DNA from: Candidatus Hermodarchaeota archaeon
GTDB lineage: Archaea > Asgardarchaeota > Lokiarchaeia > Sigyniarchaeales > SOKP01
Length of the DNA stretch: 64,000 bases
Direction: 5' to 3'
Assembly: GCA_048885525.1 (NCBI GenBank)
Contig: JBHLLP010000015.1
Span: 1 to 64,000, forward strand
Part shown: positions 57,828 to 64,000 of the stretch, piece after piece
Position numbering within the stretch: position 1 is the first letter of the stretch
How the letters are laid out: each line of letters begins with the position of its first letter
The notes under the pieces: generated by a model
The model's input: the letters and a program-made list of their open reading frames with translations, nothing else
Database searches by the model: none
Told to the model about the DNA's origin: nothing
Program-made: the position numbers and the translations under genes

Positions 57828-59075
57828 TTATTGTTTTTTCCTCAACCAAGCTCTAAATGCTTTTGTAGTTTTACCATGCCAAATAGCCTTTTTAGGATAA
57901 GCTTTCTCAAACTCCTCTATATCTTCTTCTGTATATTCTAATGGAGTTTGTTCATCCTCCTCATCTTCTTCCTCCTCATCAAAATCTATGGAAATTTCAT
58001 ATTTTTCTCCAGTAATATCCTCTAAAGCGCTCATTATATCTTCAAGATCTTCTTTCTTTCTTACAACCACAGGTACTTTTTCCAATACTTTATCTTCTTT
58101 AATTTCTTCTTTTTCAGATTCTTTTATTGTTTTTTCATATGCTTTTCTTTTTTCTAATCTTTCAACTCTTATTTTTTTTATTTCTTTAATAATCTCGTCA
58201 TAATTATCCTTGAAATATTTTAGACTTACGTTAATAAGATCTGAAACATTATCCCATTTATCTTCTTTAACAATACCTTCTGCCCAATAATATAAATCTA
58301 AATTAAGTTCTATCGTAACTGCTTTTCCTTCGGATTCCAAACTACCGATTAAAAAACTTAAAATATTGGCTATTAATATATCATTATCTAAAGCGGAAAA
58401 ACCATATTCATGGGCAAGAGAAGAAAAAATACTAAGATTCCCAAACCCTACAACTTTACCCTTAAAATATTCTACAGCAACCATCAATGGAACTTTAGGG
58501 CTATCTTCTTCTATCCAATACTCGCCATCATAACGCTTACGCCAACTATTTAATCCAGATTTTAAAATCCAATCTATTTTTATATTTTCCTCAACATTAA
58601 GGAAATCTAAAATTTTGATTGAACACGAACTTGAAAAAACGATTTTTTTTATTTGGTTTGTTATAACATGAGGTTTAAATTTTGTTATAATAGGTCTTTT
58701 CTGAAGATTGACATAATTTACTGAATCATATATCTCATCAGAAATAAACTCAAATCCAAATTTACGTGTTAAATCATTTAGATTAGTGTTATTTGTAGAA
58801 TTTCCTCCACTTGAGCTATTTATTAAGAGGCTTCCTCCATTTTTCACATATTCTTCAAGAATGTTAATTTCAGTCTCGTCCAGATTAATATTCCTAGGAG
58901 TAGATAGAATTATCACATTATATTTTTCTAAATTGGCTAAAGAATAAAACCCAGTTTCAATTTTCCCCAATTTATAGCCAGATGTGAATAGAAATTGAAC
59001 AAATTCACCAAAACTAGATGATTCTACGTTTAAAATATTATTATGAGAATAATCTAAGCCAATAACTATATCCAT
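57828..59075 (-). CDS. GIFT (GldG/IFT52)-like domain + RHH-like segment + acidic tail
   Basis: D.SH, L..Y.VIIL..P, E...L.EYV..GG.LL, NLN.L...FG, GKVV..G, DN.....N.L; then VTIEL...NVSDLIN. Confidence 0.7.
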   Translation of the reverse strand: MDIVIGLDYSHNNILNVESSSFGEFVQFLFTSGYKLGKIETGFYSLANLEKYNVIILSTPRNINLDETEINILEEYVKNGGSLLINSSSGGNSTNNTNLNDLTRKFGFEFISDEIYDSVNYVNLQKRPIITKFKPHVITNQIKKIVFSSSCSIKILDFLNVEENIKIDWILKSGLNSWRKRYDGEYWIEEDSPKVPLMVAVEYFKGKVVGFGNLSIFSSLAHEYGFSALDNDILIANILSFLIGSLESEGKAVTIELNLDLYYWAEGIVKEDKWDNVSDLINVSLKYFKDNYDEIIKEIKKIRVERLEKRKAYEKTIKESEKEEIKEDKVLEKVPVVVRKKEDLEDIMSALEDITGEKYEISIDFDEEEEDEEDEQTPLEYTEEDIEEFEKAYPKKAIWHGKTTKAFRAWLRKKQ

Positions 59076-59178
59076 GAAATTCAACTATTAATATATTAAT
59101 TGTAAATCTAAAAAAAATTGGTTCTCTCTTTTTACATCTATATAAGATATATTTCTTCTATTCTATAAATAAAATTAT

Positions 59179-60036
59179 CTAAATTTTAATCACAATTATA
59201 TCTAAAACAACATGAAATAAATTCGGACCATAGCTTTTAACAAATCTATGCGACTTTAATTCACATTTATAACTTTCTTTATAAGCGATTTCATTAAATT
59301 CTTCGAATAACTCGATATATTTATCTTTTTCTACCACCCCTTCATAATGAAACACGGTTCCATTATCATTAACTAACGTTAATGCCTCTTTAACGTAATT
59401 TTTTGGTGCTGGAAAGACTCCCATTATTACTCTATTAGCTCTAATCCCAGATTCACTAATTTTTATAACTTCAACCTTACAATCCCCATTTATAGGTACA
59501 ATTTTATCTTCTAAATGATTTATCTTAATATTTTCAACTAAAAATTTGTAGGATTCAGGGTTAAGCTCAATACTATATACTTTTTTTACAGAAGAATGTT
59601 TTGCGATTGGTAAAGAAAAATATCCTATTCCTGCAAACATATCTACAACAATCTCTCCATTTTGGATAATAGTTGTGAGATATTTTCTTTCATTGACATT
59701 TCCCTTACTGAACATAATTTTTGTTATATCGAATCGATAAATAACTTCATGCTCTTTATGTTCTACAATAGGATAGTCTATTCCCGTAACAAATTCAATA
59801 TTCTCTGGTTCTCTAAAAGTCCCTCTTATTACACCAGTATTAATATAAATAGATTTAATATTTGGGAATAAATCTAAACAGATTTTTCCGATAAGTTTCT
59901 TCTTATCCATGATTTTTGGATTGAGTTTTAATAGAATAATTTGCCCTAAAGTTTGGAATCCTCGAGGAAGTAAAGAAAGTTCATCCTCAGTTAATTCATC
60001 TTTCAATTGTTCCTTAAGTTTATCTTTAAAACCCAT
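59179..60036 (-). CDS. Trm5/Tyw2 (Met-10) family tRNA-modifying transferase
   Basis: MFSKGN..ER, VDMFAGIGYFS, ELNP, GDC, RVIMG, VKSYGP. Confidence 0.9.
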   Translation of the reverse strand: MGFKDKLKEQLKDELTEDELSLLPRGFQTLGQIILLKLNPKIMDKKKLIGKICLDLFPNIKSIYINTGVIRGTFREPENIEFVTGIDYPIVEHKEHEVIYRFDITKIMFSKGNVNERKYLTTIIQNGEIVVDMFAGIGYFSLPIAKHSSVKKVYSIELNPESYKFLVENIKINHLEDKIVPINGDCKVEVIKISESGIRANRVIMGVFPAPKNYVKEALTLVNDNGTVFHYEGVVEKDKYIELFEEFNEIAYKESYKCELKSHRFVKSYGPNLFHVVLDIIVIKI

Positions 60037-60171
60037 TTATACTCAAAAATGTAAATATTATTGATTCAAACTAATATATAATCAAGTTAAATTATTATAG
60101 GATAGCAAATCAATCTTATTATAACAAATAAGATTATAACAAACTTTTTACAAATAAATGTTGAGAAAAAT

Positions 60172-62046
60172 ATGCCAAAAAGTTTAGATGATCCAGAATT
60201 TTTAGTAGATGAGAAAAAAGTGTGGTTTATACCTCCAGAAGAAGGAGGTTATTGGCCTGAAGGTGTACCGAAACAGTTAAGAGAGGTCGAAGAGGTAGAG
60301 ATATTGCCAATGTGGGAATATTTTCAACACGCTGCTGATTTATATGGGACACGGGACAATGATATATGTATTTTTGTGTATGGGCCATATATAGAACGTG
60401 TAAAATTAAGAACTTTATTTGATTATGCAAAATGCTTTGGAACTTTTCTCCATAAAAATCTAGGAATTAGAAAAGGTGATGTTGTGGCAATTGATCTCCC
60501 AAATTCTATCAATTTTGTAGTTGCATATATGGGCTGTCAGTATATAGGTGCAATTGCACAGGGTATTAATCCTACTTATAGACCAATGGAGCTTTTGCAT
60601 TCCTTGAATATGACTAAAGCAAAAGTATTTGTTATGATGGATATGCTATATATAGCTGGCCCTAAGGATGTTCTCCCAAAAACAGATGTGAAGTTTGTGA
60701 TACCTTCAAATTTTGTAGATTTTATGACTGCTGACGAGGCTATAATCGAAAAATTAGGAATTCCCAATGCAAGAGATAAAATTCCCGATGAAACTGAAAA
60801 TTATAAAGTATATTGGATGGATAATATTATAAATGAAACACAACCCGAAGAGATTGAGGTTGATATTGATCCATGGACAGATCCTGCGGTATATCTTATG
60901 ACTGGAGGTACTACTGGACTACCTAAAGTTGCGATGCTTTCACATGCTAATCTCAGTGCTAATCTAAATATGGTTAAGGATTGGACAAAACTTGGACCAG
61001 GTGTAATAACTATAGGAGCAATTCCCTTCTTTCATAGCTTTGGTATGACATGTGTCATGAATGCAGCTCTAGGTATTGGAATGATTATGCTTCTATTTCC
61101 AAAACCACCTGCAGATGATGTTCTATGCGAAGCCGTAAATAAGATAGATGCTCCTGAAGGAATAATATATACAGGAGTCGAAATGTGGTTTAAAAGATTT
61201 ACAGATTTTGTAGATGAAATGGGCGTTGAAGAATTTAAAAAGAAATATGATTTATGGGAGAAGCTGAGATATGCCACTCAAGGAGCAGGTCCATTGCATT
61301 CTTATGTCCAAGAGCCTTTTGAGTCAGTATTTTGCCCAATACGCGCTGGTTATGGTTTAACAGAAAGTTCACCTATACATAGTGTTGCTCCTTTTTGGGG
61401 TCCAACTAAGAATGGAAAACTAGGATTACCAATACCAGGAGCAGATTGGGCTATATTTCCTTCTGATGATTTTGAGGCAGGACCTATTTGTGATGGAACT
61501 AAAGAAAGAGGAGGTTTTGGTATTGAAAACACAGGAGAAATTTGCTTAGCAGGACCTCATATTATGTTAGGATATTTAGGAGAACAAAAAGAGCAAGAAG
61601 ATAATTTGAAATATTGGGGCGGGAAGCGCTGGTTACTTACAGGTGATATTGGGTTTATGGACGAACACGGATGGGTTGAGATACGAGATCGCAAAAAGTC
61701 CTTAATTAAAGTTTCAGGACACTCTGTATTTCCAAAAGAGGTAGAAGAATTATTAGGTCATCATGAAATGGTGGATGAAGTAGCTGTTGCGGGTTTACCT
61801 GATGAAATGACGGGAGAAGCGGTAAAAGCGTGGGTTACACTTAAAAAAGGTTTTAAAGTTGATCGCGATATTAATAGTGAACAATTAAAGGAGTGGGCAC
61901 TTAATAATATGGCGAAATGGAAAAGTCCTAAATATATTGAATTCGTCAGAAAGATGCCAGTTAGTGCAACTGGAAAAGTTCAACGACGAGAGCTTCAAGA
62001 AAAAGACTTGGAAAAATTAAATCAAGCAAAACCTATAAAAGGATAA
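60172..62046 (+). CDS. Long-chain acyl-CoA synthetase (AMP-binding)
   Basis: TGGTTGLPK, PFFHSFG, GYGLTE, TGDIG, DRKK.LIK.SG, TGK. Confidence 0.95.
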   Translation: MPKSLDDPEFLVDEKKVWFIPPEEGGYWPEGVPKQLREVEEVEILPMWEYFQHAADLYGTRDNDICIFVYGPYIERVKLRTLFDYAKCFGTFLHKNLGIRKGDVVAIDLPNSINFVVAYMGCQYIGAIAQGINPTYRPMELLHSLNMTKAKVFVMMDMLYIAGPKDVLPKTDVKFVIPSNFVDFMTADEAIIEKLGIPNARDKIPDETENYKVYWMDNIINETQPEEIEVDIDPWTDPAVYLMTGGTTGLPKVAMLSHANLSANLNMVKDWTKLGPGVITIGAIPFFHSFGMTCVMNAALGIGMIMLLFPKPPADDVLCEAVNKIDAPEGIIYTGVEMWFKRFTDFVDEMGVEEFKKKYDLWEKLRYATQGAGPLHSYVQEPFESVFCPIRAGYGLTESSPIHSVAPFWGPTKNGKLGLPIPGADWAIFPSDDFEAGPICDGTKERGGFGIENTGEICLAGPHIMLGYLGEQKEQEDNLKYWGGKRWLLTGDIGFMDEHGWVEIRDRKKSLIKVSGHSVFPKEVEELLGHHEMVDEVAVAGLPDEMTGEAVKAWVTLKKGFKVDRDINSEQLKEWALNNMAKWKSPKYIEFVRKMPVSATGKVQRRELQEKDLEKLNQAKPIKG

Positions 62047-62309
62047 TTAGATTTTATTTTCTTTTTTTTTTATTTTATTTATTAATTTTATTGTCAAGTA
62101 AAACATACCCGAAAAAATATTTATTTATTTGTCCTTATTAAGAACAACAGCCTAATTCTTTATGTCCAAACAATTTAATCTTTAACATTAAGAAATTTTA
62201 CTAGAGTAAAACCTTATATTATTTTAAGATAAAACTATACAAATTTTTAAATTTAGAAACTCTAATTTGTTATTATTAAAAAGAAAAATATAGGAGTTAA
62301 ACAAAAAGA

Positions 62310-62867
62310 ATGTCGCTTAAAAGCACAAGAGAATTCTTGCTCCAAGAAAAATTTTTCTCAATTCGAGATAAAGTTAAGGTGATGAGCATTGATAAGAAAG
62401 AATTGGGGATCTTCATTGCAAAAATAATCTCAATAGGAAAAAATTACCGGTTATATGATATCGATGATCAAGAAAACGCTATTTTAACAGTAAAAGAAAA
62501 AGTCATTTCATTACGGTCAACATATTCATTCTATAAAGGTGAGAAAGATGATGAGAACCTAATTGGCAAGTTAAAACGAAAGTTAATCTCAATCAAACCG
62601 AAATATTGGTTTGAAGATCCTGATGAAAATAAACTGTTCACAATGAAAGGAAATATTTGGCAATTAAAGTATAAAATCTTTCTTGAAGAGAAAGTGGTTG
62701 CTGAAATAAGTAAAAAACTGTGGAAAATAAAAGACACTTATGGTATAAGATTAGATCAGAGTTTAGATGATGATAGTGCCATGTTGGTTCTTGGAATTGT
62801 AGTAATGTTGCATCATGAAAAAGAAGAAGAGGAAGAACGTCGGAGACAACAACAGAGATTTCATTGA
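62310..62867 (+). CDS. LURP-one/scramblase (tubby-like) family protein
   Basis: KFFSIRD, KGNIW..Y.I, VAEISKK...DTY, LVL..V. Confidence 0.85.
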   Translation: MSLKSTREFLLQEKFFSIRDKVKVMSIDKKELGIFIAKIISIGKNYRLYDIDDQENAILTVKEKVISLRSTYSFYKGEKDDENLIGKLKRKLISIKPKYWFEDPDENKLFTMKGNIWQLKYKIFLEEKVVAEISKKLWKIKDTYGIRLDQSLDDDSAMLVLGIVVMLHHEKEEEEERRRQQQRFH

Positions 62868-62878
62868 AATAAAAAAAC

Positions 62879-63568
62879 TTATTCCATCCTTTCACCACAT
62901 TTGGGGCAGAATTTATATGCTATATCATGAACAACTAAACAATTAGGACATTTATATCCTTGAAATGCTTCAGCTTGTTCAGGGCTAGCACTTGGTTTTA
63001 TTAGTGAGATTGTTTTAGGTTGAACAGAAGGTAAGGAAGATACAGCTTCAGTAGAATATTTAGCATTAGGATTTGCTTTTCTCCAATAGTTGTCTATTAT
63101 AGTTCTAATCATTTCTTCACTAGCCCAATTCTTTGGGCTCGTCATAAAAGATATTCGTAATTTATATTTCCTATTATCATTGGAAAAGATTTTAGCGGTA
63201 TTCAAACCCAGAAATGGTGAAGGAAAATAAGAAATATCTTCAATATCAATAAATTTTATGTATATTGAATAAGAATGTCCTTTCCAATTTATTCCATCAG
63301 GTGTGATTTCAATGCTTCTACCAGATGTTATTATCCAAAAAATTATATCCAAGACAATAATTCCAAAGAATAAAAATCCCGCTATTATAATGAAATAAGG
63401 TTTATTGGGTGGTAAAATGAATAAAAAAATAATTATAATAGCTATCAAAAGTACATTAAAAGCACATAAACCTAATGGAATCCATTTTGTTCCTTTAAAA
63501 GCAAAAACATATCCCTTATCTAAATCTTTTTTAAACATTTCTTTACTATATTCATTAGGAATACTCAT
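62879..63568 (-). CDS. Two-TM protein with PH-like domain and C-terminal zinc ribbon
   Basis: Two TM helices, IEITPDGI..I.F.DI (bacterial PH-like), CPNC...FCPKCG. Confidence 0.7.
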   Translation of the reverse strand: MSIPNEYSKEMFKKDLDKGYVFAFKGTKWIPLGLCAFNVLLIAIIIIFLFILPPNKPYFIIIAGFLFFGIIVLDIIFWIITSGRSIEITPDGINWKGHSYSIYIKFIDIEDISYFPSPFLGLNTAKIFSNDNRKYKLRISFMTSPKNWASEEMIRTIIDNYWRKANPNAKYSTEAVSSLPSVQPKTISLIKPSASPEQAEAFQGYKCPNCLVVHDIAYKFCPKCGERME

Positions 63569-63677
63569 TTTCTACCCTCGTATTAATTAAAAGATTTAAA
63601 TTCATCTTAGGTGAATATAAAATATAATTTTATTTAATATTTATATTAATTACTCTCATTTTTTTCATTCTTTCAAG

Positions 63678-64000
63678 TTATTCGAATAAATCCAATAAGG
63701 AACCACACTCGGGGCAGTATCTAAATGGCATTTTAAGTTCTATTCCACAATGGGGACAAAATATTGCATCTCTTCTACCATCTTGAACCTTTTCGAACGC
63801 ATCAATAAAAATTTTTTCATATTCTTTAATAGGGCTTTTCTGAAACAAAATTGGTTTTACACCAAATTGAAGAATCCAATTATTAACGATCCTTTCCATC
63901 TTAGTTTCTGTTCCTGATAATGAATCCCCTAAATATTCAAAACATACACGAACATGCGTAATATCCTGCTTATTAGGGTCCATTACAAATTTAAGATAAT
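63678..64000 (-). CDS. Zinc-ribbon protein, 5'-partial
   Basis: FCPHCG...YCPECG at the C-terminus; frame open to the window edge. Confidence 0.7.
   Translation of the reverse strand, partial: YLKFVMDPNKQDITHVRVCFEYLGDSLSGTETKMERIVNNWILQFGVKPILFQKSPIKEYEKIFIDAFEKVQDGRRDAIFCPHCGIELKMPFRYCPECGSLLDLFE

Noticed and set aside
643-63590. Many short antisense or overlapping ORFs in the track (e.g. 643..942, 3150..3416, 27261..27674, 35778..36038, 41900..42190, 55736..56014)
   Set aside because: They overlap well-supported genes, mostly on the opposite strand, and have no motifs or SD; shadow ORFs.
1-64000. Selenocysteine/pyrrolysine recoding, tRNA/rRNA, CRISPR arrays, IS elements
   Set aside because: The only internal stop I found is TAA. 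I saw no GC-rich structured RNA, spaced repeats or transposase by eye; tRNAscan-SE and Infernal were not run.

Overview
Very AT-rich, gene-dense archaeal chromosomal DNA. Gene content points to an Asgard archaeon, most likely Lokiarchaeia: stand-alone gelsolin domain, Alba, histone fold, HerA-NurA-Mre11-Rad50, Sec11-type signal peptidase, many SCP2/acyl-CoA enzymes, URO-D paralogs, zinc-ribbon proteins and GGTGA Shine-Dalgarno motifs. The taxon is inferred from gene content only. The left half (1-33 kb) is mostly anaerobic lipid/acyl-CoA and glycan metabolism. 34-46 kb is a chromatin and DNA-repair block. 46-64 kb mixes eukaryote-like proteins with housekeeping genes. I found no rRNA, tRNA, CRISPR array or transposase. 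Main observations beyond the ORF track: (1) several genes seem to initiate at ATT/ATC, 5-6 nt after a GGTGA SD, and are truncated by the ORF caller; (2) a cytosolic 703-aa protein has an adaptin mu-homology-like N-terminus, next to a small acidic protein ending in a proteasome-type HbYX motif; (3) an IFT52/GIFT-like domain is fused to a ribbon-helix-helix; (4) a duplicated operator+TATA motif defines a likely regulon of a membrane-anchored wHTH regulator; (5) an alpha3-less histone with a short Lys tail lies beside Alba; (6) a nucleotidyltransferase gene is interrupted by one in-frame TAA. Family calls come from motif recognition by eye, and reference sequences are quoted from memory.
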